Positions 1 through 12,150 of a DNA stretch of 64,000 bases are shown piece after piece; position 1 is the first letter of the stretch; each line of letters begins with the position of its first letter. This DNA comes from Camelus ferus (Eukaryota), in the NCBI RefSeq assembly GCF_009834535.1, contig NC_045696.1, positions 57,910,001 through 57,974,000 on the forward strand, read 5' to 3'. Below the pieces are notes generated by a model. That model saw only the letters and a program-made list of their open reading frames with translations, did no database searches and had not been told where the DNA came from. The translations under genes were made by a program, and so were the position numbers.

Positions 1-84
1 AAGCAGAAGTATCTGACAGGTACTGGAGACATGGGACTGGAACTTGACAGAGGATGGAACTAGACATAGATTTAGAACTTCAAT

Positions 85-1030
85 TATTCAGTAAATATTT
101 TTTGAGTCTCTATATATTATTGCAGGAACTATTAGATTATAGAAGCACAAAAGTGAGCAGGATTGACACAGGCACCCCTCTAGAAGCTTACAATCTAGCA
201 AACAGTTACAATACAATGTGATAAGTGCTATGATGGATGAAACAAAAGGAGGCACACCTAATATGACAGTAAGCTGCTCGGAGAAAATAATGTTAGTAGG
301 AAGACTTGAAGAATGAGAAGACATTAATGGCAGAGTATGGATTTTTGAATAGCAAATATACTGATATGGTTTTAAAGCAGAAAATAAAAAGGACTATATA
401 GTTAAAAGCCTCCTTTCCATTCCTATACCCGAGCTACCCAGTTCTCCAGAGACAACCGATGTTATTAGCTTTCTGTATATGTTTCTAGAGGAATTTTATG
501 CAAATACAATCAAACACATTATTATTTTCTTTTCCTCTCCTTCTGTTCCCCCTTTACACAAATAGTAAAATATCCTACACACTATTCTGCACCACCTCCC
601 TACTTTAAAACAACAGATACTGGAGATCCTTCCATATATGTGCTTAATAGCCTCTTCATTCTTGTTGCATAGCATTCCATTATACAGGTGCCAGATATTA
701 AAGAATCTTAAACACCATCCAAGGACAAGAAGGGGCCATAAAATATTTTAAGAGGATGACACAATCAAATGTGCATTTTACAAGCATCCTTCTGGTGATA
801 TAGGAATGGTACAAGAAAGGCCTGAACTAAGCACTGTAAGGGATGAACAGTGATGGTAATTTACCGACTGATGAAAAAGGTAAAGAGGGAAAAATGGAGC
901 TTATGTCAGATTTTTGGCTTGGGCAACTGCTGATGCCATTCACTAAGACAGGAACATAAAGTAGAGGTCCAGATATACCAGGGGAAATAATGAGTTCCCT
1001 TGTGGATAAAATACATTTAAAGTAAATATT
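85..1030 (-). mobile_element. L2 fragments, interrupted by an old L1 at about 330-690
   Basis: attcagtaaatattttttgag and gaagcttacaatctag are L2 3'-end motifs. gccattcactaagacaggaac is L2 body. Confidence 0.55.
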
Positions 1031-1773
1031 AAGAGTTGGAAGACACCTGAGAACAAATTCAGTCTCCTTAATTTCAGAGATTAAAAAAGTGAAAACATCA
1101 AATGTCCTGCTGAAATTCAGAGCTGGTTAAGAAGGAGCTAAGGCTAAAATGTAATTCTGAATTCTCAATCAGGTGCCTAAGGGTGATGGCTTAAGTTATA
1201 AATATAAGATCGACGAATAATTATCCCCTCCAGGGCATAATCCCACAAACAGAAAAGAACAAGAAAAGGAGCTTGCTAAGGAAAAATAAATAGTCACTGA
1301 GGCAGGAGACCCAAAATACTTCAACACCACAGAAGCCTAGGAAGATAATTTTAAAGATGATAACAATGCATCTGACAGGATCAAGAAGAAAAATGGCTCG
1401 AACAATCCACTGTGAGGGCTATATCTCGATACAGAAGTTGAATGGAGTAGAAGGTGACATTAAGGAATTTTTTATTCTTCAAAAGATATTAAGTAAATGA
1501 AAATGCAAACCACAGACTGAGAGAAAATACTCCAAGTACTGATGAACTACTGTATACGGAATTTCTGAAGAACACTCACAAACAGATCAGTTATTGCCTG
1601 GGGTTGGGAGTGGAGAGAGAGGGAGATTTACAGAGGGGAACAAAGAAAGCTGATTGTGGTGATGGTTTCCTGGGTGTAAACCTATGTCAAAACATATCCA
1701 ATTGTACATTCTGAATATAATGCAGTTTATTGCATGTCAGTTATACCTCAATAAAGCTCAATGAACAGCTCCA

Positions 1774-1929
1774 TGAAGAGAAGAGAAGAGGAGAGGAGAG
1801 GAGAGGAGAGGGGAGAGGAGGGGAGGGAAAGGGAGGGGAGGGAAGGGAAGGGAAGGGAAAAGAAGAGAAAAGAAGAGAAAAGAAGAGAAAAGAAGAGAAA
1901 AGAAAAGAAAAGAAAAGAAAAGAAAAGAA
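1774..1929 (+). repeat. Compound polypurine microsatellite (GAGAA/GAGAG/GGGAA/GAAAA)
   Basis: About 155 nt purine-only tract following an L1 3' end. Confidence 0.95.
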
Positions 1930-2291
1930 CTAGAAAAACTAGAAAGGAAGATCCTCCTCACACAGGAGACCTACCATGCACAAAAAGGAGGAAGTTATCA
2001 GAGAAGATGAGATGAGGATGACAGAGAAAGGATGCTACTGGAGGCTTCTGATGCTCACAAGATACTTCCAACAGATAGTGGGAAATAAACCCAACTAGCC
2101 AAAACAGTAAGTGCTATCATAGGGAACCCAAAATAGCTACAAGCAACACTTTTAACAAACATTAATGAAAAAGACTGTCAATCCTCCCCTATAACATAGA
2201 GTTAAATACTATAACAGAAATATAATCATGGGGGTGAGGGGGTGTCAATGTGCTGTTTCTGAAGGAAAAAGTAGTTACCATTTATTCATAC

Positions 2292-2370
2292 CTGTGTCTG
2301 AATATCATCCCCTGTGACAATGTTTCCCACAGCCCGCAAAGCAGGAGAAACCACTTTATAATCATTATGC
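2292..2370 (-). CDS. KPNA1: KPNA1 exon 10 ([26 protein letters not shown]); gene continues beyond window start
   Basis: 79 nt, cag|G CAT acceptor and CAG|GTATGA donor. Cumulative CDS of exons 2-10 is 996 nt, in frame. Confidence 0.97.
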
Positions 2371-3826
2371 CTGCAATCATAAAAAGAAATGTTACATCCA
2401 ACAGTTACAGCCTTAGTCTCTTTTCCTTAGAGCTGAAACCCAAAATATGTCATAGGATCTTGAAGAGAAAGGTATTTATGGTGGTTATTAAGAGAATCCT
2501 ATCATCCTTATCATGATGATGGAATGTTTTTGGTGTCCCCTGTCTTTCCCTTTATTTAGTATTTTGGATAAAAACTACAAATCTGTCCTAGTAATCTTTA
2601 CCAGGTATTTCATCACCTGGATTCCAAGTTTTCCCTCTCATTTTTTAATACAGGTTTTGTTTCCCCTTCACTTGGTCTCTATGGTTGCTGAGATAGTGGA
2701 GAGCAATAGTTAACATTTATATAGCACTTTTAAGTTTTATAAATCGTATAATTTTCACAGAAATAAAAATATGTCAATAGTTGTACTAACTTGAAAATGA
2801 AAGCCAGGCTTCGTACTCCAAATAGTAAATTCTTTTTACTACACCTCAGCTGACTTACTGGTTCGAAAAACCCCTGTACAAATCCTTTATATATTTCAAG
2901 ACAGATACTAAGTCTTGATCTCATGCTAAGTAAGTTTAATATCCTTTAGCTTTCCTTAAAAACCTTACTTTCTCTCTCCTTTAATGAGATTGATCACTCT
3001 TCTCAAAACTATGCCAGTTTCTTCATATTTATTTTAAGATCTGATGGCTGAAAAGAAATGGTTAAAATATACAGTAATCTAGTGACTAAAGAGTACAAAA
3101 GATTACCTTCCAGATTCTGAATGCTGTACTTCTGACTCCTCCAGCACCATACTGCTTTTAATTCACAACAGCATCATGCTGCTGATTTGCACCCAGTCTA
3201 TGGCCAGTCATAATCCCTGAGTTTTATGTTCTGTAAATTATACTATCTAATCCACTCCACATGTCCTCTCTGGGGCAATGTTCCCTTGCATCTCCTTTGT
3301 ACTTCCTTCAGTTAACTCTCACATGGCTTGTAACTGTACCATTTCCCCATTATGTTATCATTCTAATTTTTTTCTTCTATAGTATTTTCTAAAAACTTGA
3401 TTGATAGTCTTATTTATGCCATCAGTAAATCTTCCACTTCATAAATCAAAGGCGTCACAAAGATAAAGCAAAATAAAATTGAAAGTCTAAAACCAGTTGT
3501 GGGTTAAGTTTTAAATGAGACAAAAGATAAGGAATGACTGTTTCTAGTGGCAATATGCCTTTTGCTATCCAGTGGTTGGTCTCAGGCCATTAAACATGAG
3601 CTATAATTACATAGATCAGTTTTCCAAATGTTTCTGCCTAAGAGTGAGAGGTTCTTTATACTCCTCAAAACAAATAAACAGTTGTGACATAAATATAAAC
3701 AAGTAACTAAAGACAGTAGCCCAAAGCACAATGAGTCAGAATAACATATTAATATTTGAGTATCAACAACTAGAAAACAAATATGAGGGACAGAAGAACA
3801 GACAAACTTTCTTAAAGATATCTTAC

Positions 3827-3990
3827 ATCAGAAGCTCCACAAGTCTCCTACATACTCCTGCATCAATGACTGCTTGAATCTTATCATTGGGTCCATCTGA
3901 TAGATATGAGAGGGCCCAGCAGGCATCAGCCAGTACATCAGTGTCACTGACAAACAGCAACCAGGAAAGCACATTCAGACAGGGGGAAAC
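3827..3990 (-). CDS. KPNA1: KPNA1 exon 9 ([55 protein letters not shown])
   Basis: 164 nt, visible in ORF 3823..4077, AG/GT bounded. Confidence 0.98.
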
Positions 3991-4541
3991 CTGCAAAGGG
4001 AAGATGATATGATTATAAAACTCAGTAACATAAAAGCAAGAAGTGAGGTGGAAATTCCAGAAAGCAACCAGGCACACATCTGGTGACTTTTGGGGTTATT
4101 AGTACTTCTAGAAATGGAGTTAGTAAGTGGCCAAGTGACATTTCCATCTTTGGGAATGCCGTCAGTGATCTTGCAGTTTACCTTAACAAGGTAGTCAGAG
4201 CCCAGGGAAAAACAATTTCAAAGAGCAAAGTTGAATAAATACCAACTCTCAGAGTGAGTCCCTGTCAAAACACATTCTTTGCTTTGTGGACCAAAGAGGT
4301 AAAGGAATTTTCACAAGTGCTAAAGCTAGGAAATTCTGCATTTTTGATACTTTTTAAGAACAAAAAAATGCCACGTTTTAAGATTAATTCAGAGGTTTTT
4401 ATAGGCAATGAAAATTTATTCCAAATTAAAACAAAAACAACAAAAAGACCTATTTCTCTAGAAACAAAATTCTAACATTTTAAATTTTATTAAAAATAAT
4501 TCTTATTCTGTTCACATTAATACTGATTGCTATACTCTTTT

Positions 4542-4679
4542 GTTTGTTTGGTTTTTGTTTGGTGTTTTGGTGGGGGGAGGTAATTAGGTTTATTTATTTT
4601 TAGAGGAGATACTGGGGATTGAACTCAGGCCCTTGTGAATGCTAAGCATGCGCTCTACTACATGAGCTATACCCTCCCC
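4542..4679 (-). mobile_element. tRNA-derived SINE (camelid Vic-type) with TSD
   Basis: Minus-strand head GGGGAGGGTATAGCTCA...TTCAATCCCCAG with A/B-box-like motifs. TSD ttgctatactctttt at 4527-4541 and 4684-4698. Confidence 0.85.
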
Positions 4680-4741
4680 CTGGTTGCTATACTCTTTTAA
4701 CTATACTTTTTCTGCAAATTTCCCACAAGCATAATCCTCAC

Positions 4742-4841
4742 CTTTGCAAATTCTGGAGGTGGACTTTTTCCTCTACAGAGATTAGACAAAGCCCATACTG
4801 CATTCCGGGTCATGGTCAGGCGGTTTTGCTTTGAAAATAAC
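4742..4841 (-). CDS. KPNA1: KPNA1 exon 8 ([33 protein letters not shown])
   Basis: 100 nt, AG/GT bounded, WALSN motif. Confidence 0.97.
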
Positions 4842-5152
4842 CTGTAAGCATGATGATACAATGGTAAACTATATAATGGGCATTAGTTCTTTGGTGGCAT
4901 AAGATAAAATATTTAATATTATTTAATGCTATCGATAAACAGATGTCTTCAAATAGCTCTTCTTCAGAACAATAAAGTTTAATTCTAACACAAGGAATTC
5001 AGAATTTTGGCACTGGAATAAGACAGGATGCCTGAAGAAATGATCTGAACAAGTAAGTAAGAAAATATCCATAATGAAAAGTAGCACTAGGAAATCAAAA
5101 GTGATTTCGAAAGATGCACTGCTTTCTGAGGAACTTCTCATATTTTTATTAC

Positions 5153-5240
5153 AAGAAAGAAAAAGAGAGGAAGAGAGGAAGGAAGGGAGGGAGGGAGGAA
5201 AGGAGGAAAGGAGGGAGGAAGGAAGCAAGGAAGGAAGAAA
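5153..5240 (+). repeat. (GGAA/GGGA)n low-complexity tract beside the exon 7 donor
   Basis: Direct inspection. Confidence 0.85.
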
Positions 5241-5249
5241 CTAACTTAC

Positions 5250-5338
5250 TGCAAAAGAGGAGGAAGAATATTGCAGTCTAAGACATAGTCTCTGCACATG
5301 GTACTGTCTCCAGCAATGTTGCCAAGAGCCCAGACAGC
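5250..5338 (-). CDS. KPNA1: KPNA1 exon 7 ([29 protein letters not shown])
   Basis: 89 nt, cag|GCT acceptor and CA|GTAAGT donor, WALGN motif. Confidence 0.97.
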
Positions 5339-6373
5339 CTGTGAAAGAATTATTCATTAATGACAGATCACAGAGTTTAATTTTCTCATAATTCTCTCAA
5401 AAAAGATGCCAACATATAATAACTCTTTACAAAATTACATAATAGTTAAACAACATATTATACATGGACATTGCATATTAACAATCTAAATTCATTCATC
5501 AGGGAGTCAAGTGAAATAATTGCGGGACTGGTGGAAGACCAATCAAAAATATTATAAAGTAAACGTGAACACTCATGGCAGTAAGCTTATTAAAGGGACC
5601 TACCAGTTTTCACACATAAATATTTTATCTTAGGGGATCCCACCCCCAAGTAGCTAGCAATCCATACAGCCCTTAGAACAGAGCAGAAATTCAAATGGCT
5701 TACTCAGCTAATTAAAAATGTATTTTAAACTTGCTTACAAAAGAAAACATTGAACAAAGAATTTAAGAGCAATCAAAATGCAGAAAACTTTATTAAACTT
5801 TTGCAGTCAATGGATATATTAATTATCTTCATTATAATGACGGTCTCATGGGTATATACACACGTCAAAACTCATCAAATTGCACACATTAAATATATGC
5901 AGTTCACTGTAGCTTGATTATACCTCAATAAATCTGTAGAAGAAAATCATACACATTTAGCAGTGATTTATATTTACAAATCTGATAAAGTTTACAGTAA
6001 TTTAAAAACTCACATTTTCTATGTCCTTTTCTGCACGAAAGTGGCATAGACTTGCCACTTCAAAACTAGAGATAACTATAAGAAAAACCTCAGTAATTGC
6101 TTACATAGTCTAAAAAGTATGTATGTGTGTGTGAATATATACATACATATGGCTTAAAGAATTTCATGGTTGGAAGGGAAAATGGTTTTGTTTCTAGGAG
6201 AAATTCTGCCTACATTCACTATGAAACTTTCCATCTGGGTAAGATGAGATTTCTAGAATACTCCCTATTATGAACCATGGATATCATATCCAAATGGTAA
6301 AACTAAGACCCTGAATGCAAGACCGAAGGAAAAAGTATTTCCTTTGACATGCTTCTCTTGTTTCATTTTTTAC

Positions 6374-6505
6374 CTGCTCCTGCACATCTTCAAACTCTGA
6401 GCTGAGCAACTCTATGAAGATAGGCACAGCTCCTGCCTGAATCACAATCCGGGTCTGAAGAGAATTTCCTGAAGCAATATTTGTCAGTACCCAAGCTGAT
6501 TCAAA
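6374..6505 (-). CDS. KPNA1: KPNA1 exon 6 ([44 protein letters not shown])
   Basis: 132 nt, AG/GT bounded, WxxxN NLS-binding motif. Confidence 0.97.
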
Positions 6506-9500
6506 CTATAAAGATAAAAATAATTTCATTATCTTGTATTTAATATAGCTTATATCTTATAAGTATATCTTATAATTTAATATAGAATTTAATAGCTTGT
6601 TTACTTATTAACAAAAAGGTTTTCTGTGCATGAGGAAAAGAATCTGAGATCATTATTTGCATAATCTATCAGGTAAATACTATGTTAATTTTAAAATAAT
6701 AATTCCTGAAGAAATACCTTAGCCTAGAGAAATATTCAGGGTATCTAAAACATCAGATCAAGACAGAGTTAACATGAGACGATCAGAATAGGGGAGTGCT
6801 TCATATACTGAATGGAATGGTCTCCCAATATATGAATGGAGGGGAAAAAAAGGAGAACACTGTACATTAATATGATCCCATACTACACTTTCTAAAAGGG
6901 TTAAGAAGGAATAGATGTATTAATTTACTTATTGCACAGACTATCTCTTGAAGGAGTCACAATAAACTGTAAATACTTGTTACTTACATAGAGAGGTCAG
7001 GGTGAATGGGAAGCAAGTATGAGAAGGAAAGACATTTATCACAGTAAAGTCTTTATGGATCTTTTGGCCTTAAACCATGCATTTATCTAATAAAAATAAA
7101 ATTAAATAATTTCTACAGGATGGGAAAAGTGAAGTCGGGAAAGAATGTTAGTGTAAAATGAGTAAAATATACGCAGAGTGAAAAAGGCAAAAGACAATTT
7201 AAATAAGTAGGTCAAAAAGAGTTAACAGGCACACAGTTAATAAAAATTGCAACTTCAGAGGAGAAGAGCTTATAATAAATGAGAAGACTCTAAACCAAGG
7301 CACAGAGGTAAGACTCTTTTAAAAAGAGCATTCTTAAAGGATGATAAACTGGAAAGCAGAAGGTATGAAGGATATTGTGGCCAACAAAAAATATATCACA
7401 TTACTAATTCTACAGATTTCTGTAGTAATTTGACTCTTTAGCCTAATATGGAGAAACCCAAGAATGAACCCTTAAAGCCCAAGAATAAACTCATATTTCT
7501 ATTCAGAGTTCTTAATTAAATTTTAGTTTTGTTTCCTCCTTCTGTTCTGTCTTCAGTTCAGTGATATGCTCCTTGAATAAGAAATCAATTAAAAGTCATC
7601 AAAAGATGGAGCCAGGACTCTTTTTAAGCTTCTGGGTCAACTGAAAGCCAGCTGTCATATGGAGAAATGAAGCATCAATCACTGGGGGCAGGGGAAGATG
7701 GAAGAAATGGGGAGACAATTAGAGCACAGTCCAAAGCTACATGAATGATAGCAAATTCATAGCAGAAGACCCTTTAAAGGGGATATTCAAAGAAACCTAT
7801 AAATGTGATATACAGAAATGAGATCTGAGATACAGTGATTTGATAGCCAATTAGGGCCCTGATATTACAGCAGTAGGGAGGCCCAGACTAGGAGCACCAC
7901 AATAAAAGGGAGTATTTTCTGTCTGATAACTTAGAAGTTTGGAGATTTTTAAAACACTGAGTATCGCAGAATAAAAACTCATCACATATCTCCTCTATAA
8001 TGATTCATACCAATGTTCAAAACCTTTTCAATCTGTCTGAATTTAAACTTTCCATTTATACACTACTCTGTATTTTCAAAGCACTGCTCACACACTTTCA
8101 GTGTTCCTTACAACAACCCAGAGAAGCCTGGCTTTTCTAGTTTACGAATGAGGAAACTATCAGAAAAAGATATGAGTAATGAATGTTACATAGTCAGTCA
8201 AAGAGAACTGGATTACAGCCTCCTCATCTAGTAGGTTTATGAGCCCAGTCATAGTTTCCACTCTGAAATATACCTGTAACACTGACAAGAATCTTGACTG
8301 CTTGTAGTTTTGGTATCAAGGACAAGAAATTTCAAATAATGATATGCCAGATTATTTAATGAATGCTAAAAGGAAAACACTGTTCACCTAAAATGCAGTT
8401 TCTTTTGCTTACTAGGAAAATTAACTAGTAAAAGGGATATATGACATGAATACGAAAGCAAACTTTCCTACAAGAAGGCAGGCTCAAAGTTCGACAGTCA
8501 AAAAATGCAAACTTTGAGGAAAAGCAACCTGTAGAGAATGAGCAGACAGACATACCAATCTTATCAAAGAGAAAATAGTTTGCAGTGAGATTTTGATGCA
8601 AAAGAAATGGTAACAATAACCTGAGTAAAAAAAGGATATATTAAAGAGCTCTCAATGAAAAGAAATTAAAATAGTAATTGCTGCCAGAATTCAAACTGCT
8701 GCTTATCTGAAGAGATTCAGCACCAAAGGTCTCCCAGGAAGTGAGAGGGAATTCCAGATGATGCTGAAGTGAATAAAATGGAGAAGCAAAACAATATAGA
8801 GTGACAATGATTAAGAAAATGGAGAATAAGTAAATAAAAGCCTGAACATGAATGGAAGAAAATGGAAATTAGGCCATCTCAGCAAAAAAAGAATGTACCA
8901 GAGTTGTGTTTATTACTAAGAAGTACAAACCGACTATAACCTCTGTGAAGAAAATTCTATGTCTCTCTTGCTAAGAATAGAAATCAGAAAATAGTTTCAT
9001 CATTATTGGGGACAGAATTAGATGAATAACTAAAACCAGAGGGCCACTGAAAACTCAAATTATATTCAAGAATTAATAAGGCAGTAAAACACACACACAG
9101 GGTGCTGATTATTTTGATGTTTACCTTGTAAAAACTCATTAAGCTATATTTGTGCAATTTTCTTTACCCGTGTGTGTATATGTGATATACATGTATGTAT
9201 GAGAAAGAAGAGGGATAGAGAAGAGAAAATTCCCCATGAGTACAGGCTCCTGTTAAAGTGTTGGAATAGCAACTTTCAAATGTGTTTAATATGTAAGTAT
9301 GTTTTTTTAAAAACCAGTTGTACTTTGAACTATGTAGCTTCTCTTTCACTGGGTATTGCAGTCATTATTTTTTGAGCAGGAGGAATGTTTCAGCCTTGGG
9401 TCCCAAACTAGAATTTATCATGAAAGAGTTGGAAAATGGGAATGCATAGAGTTGGTTGATACCAAAAACAACTGCATACAGTTATAACAGAAATGGCCAA

Positions 9501-9614
9501 AAAAAAGTAATCTAAGTAAGTCAGCATGCAACTCAAGAAAAACTCAGCAGCATGATGAAATGAAAAATATCTAAAAATGGTTATCACCTGAAGTAATAGC
9601 CAAAATAACTACAA

Positions 9615-12150
9615 TGTTTACCTCCTCTTTGTTATTCCAAACTACTATATTCCAAGAATGGGATCATGCAGCTGTGATTGCTTATAAATTATAATTCCAC
9701 TATTATATTTCACTGTCCAGAACCTGCTAAAATAAGGCTACAACTGAAATCTAAAGGATACACTGAAGATTTGGTATGTTCTCTCTTTCCTTTTCTCAGT
9801 CTCTACCTTCTGGTGCTCAGTTCCTTAAGTAAGGAAAATGAGAATCCAAAGCTGAAGTACTTCTGACCTCCTATCAAGTTTCCCACTCCAGGTTGAGGTA
9901 CGCCTGGTTCCCTTTCTCCATTTGGATCAGGACTCTGTTGCTGGCCACTTTGCCGGTTCCACTCTGGTTCCTAGCAAATGCCAGGCTCACCTGGAGAGCA
10001 AGTGAAAAGAGAGGCTCACATCAGAAAAATAAACCCAGATATCGAACTCTGCAGAGAACAGTGCCTGAGTCATCTAAGCAACCTTTCAAGATAGGTAGAG
10101 GGATCAATGAGGATGGGAAAAGATGTAGAAGGATGAAGGCTTACTGCAGTTCATCACATTTAGCTTTCAGAGGGGACCAGAAAGGTAGAAATGGGAAAAC
10201 TAAATCAATTTAATTCAAATTTACAACTTTAAGAGAAGTATCTGTTTAATGACTGGAACTAGGAGTTACTGACTTACTTCTAGCTATTTTTTATAAGTTT
10301 CTATAGGAAGGTTTGGGAATGCAACATCTCAGCATTGCTAAGGACTATACACAGATGCTGGACCTGGACTCCAAAAACCAATCAAAGTGAGCCCAGGGAA
10401 TATATCATAAGGCAGATCAATCTCATGTTAAGGACTCAAGGATGTCTGTGGCCTGTATGTCACTGAAATTAAGAATGCTCTTAGTTAAACAGCATTGTTT
10501 GCTTCCAAAATCCTAGATTCCACCCATATTCATCTCATCTGAGGGCAAGTGAGTATCTAGGTAGCACTGCCCAAAGCAGGCATATTTTTATCTCCCTAGT
10601 TTGAAGTACCCCACTGATTTGGGGATAAGGAAAGCCAAAAAGGGAGTGATGAGACTTTTCATTAGGATTCACAGTTCTTTATCTATGGAATGAAGGGGTT
10701 AAGTTTGTTCAAGGACTTATCAGTGAGTAACTAATATGACCATATATCATTATTCTCTTTCTAGAAGAGAAATGGAAAATGTCCCATTTCAAAGACGTAC
10801 TATTCAGATTTCTAATAAGCAGGGAGAAGTATCAGGGACAACTTACATCCTAGAGCTCTCCAGGAAGACAGAGGAAGGAGTAACCTCCAAGCTTCCAGAG
10901 CATGTCTAATTATTTGAGCATGAAGCCTCCTGGCTCTAAGGTATCCATCAATATACTTGCTCCTCCTGCTTCTGGGGTGGTGAAGGTTACCCAATAGTCA
11001 CACTGGAGAAAGAACATCATGTTGTTCTTAAATGTACACAGAAGAAAAGCTGAGGATGATGACCTTTAGATAATAAACAGGTTGGTTATCTCTCAGGCTT
11101 TTGATAGCTAAAGTGAAAATCTTGAGGTGATCACTTCCAGAGGAATCATTTCTCAATCTTTGAGTCTAATTACAAGGGTGGAATCTGAGAATTTAGATAG
11201 AAGCAAATTAGAGATTTCTGAAGGTTTTCATCTTCAGATGTGTTAAGATACACACTTCAGAATTACAGAATCAAAAATGATGTAGACTTCACATATGTTA
11301 GCCAGGAGAGGACACTGTCTGAGAGAATATATCATGCTCTTTACAGAGACTGGAGAAAGCAGGGATGGGAAAAGACCTGTTTCTCTGACATTTTTCATTT
11401 CAGGACTAGTTATACCATCTTCCTTTAATGCATTAAGGAACTGGACCTCTGCAACCACCTACTAAAAACTGCTAGATCCAGGAGCAAATTTAGTGTCTCC
11501 AAACCACTCTTACTATCGTAGAGAGGATAGAAACATTTTCACATGAACAAAATGATAATTTTCCCTACCTCCCTTTTTCTTCCTACAAAGCTTTTCAAAA
11601 GATAAACTGCAGTAAGGCTCTTCATTTATTCCCTCTGGTTCTCTTGACAGGTTGCTTAGGGGCTCAGGCTCTGTTCTCTGCAGTGTTGGTTGTCTGGATT
11701 TCCTTTTTTCTGAGAAAAGTCCTCTTTCTTTGATCTCTAGATGAACCTGATTATTTTCCAGGTGGCTGGTGATCCTGGCCTTAGATGGGGACCAGAATTA
11801 CAATCCAGAAAGCAGCTAGCAAAACAGAATCTTAATTCAAATGAACTCGGGGATTAGTAAATGTCAAACTGGAGAAGAAAAATTGATGGGACACTGAAGT
11901 ACTCTACCTTTTCTGGATTTCTTGTTTTTCCTCTGGAAGGAACTCATCACCGCAACAAAGAGAGTAAAAGAAGGAGAAAGATGGGATGGGAGGAAAGGAG
12001 AGAAAATATCAAGACAAAGCATCAAGTCTTACGAATTATCGTTAATGCTCTGGACAGAAAGGAACCTGGGGAAAAGGACTGTCACTTACAAAAATGCCCC
12101 AGTGCTTACAGCCTTACAGCAAAGGCAAAATAAACAAGGGGGTGAAAGTT
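9615..12150. repeat. Long diverged inverted repeat (near-palindrome) in KPNA1 intron 5
   Basis: Collinear reverse-complement anchors with coordinate sums of about 21.7-21.8 kb, e.g. 10049-10091 vs 11642-11683, 10140-10151 vs 11605-11616, 10515-10525 vs 11176-11186. Confidence 0.85.

Noticed and set aside
1730..2015. E/K/R-rich and F/S/L-rich ORFs
   Set aside because: Translations of the purine microsatellite.
9893..10213. 106-aa plus-strand ORF within the hairpin arm
   Set aside because: Starts at TTG, has no recognisable homology, and the paralogous arm aligns with frame-breaking gaps; not supported as a gene.
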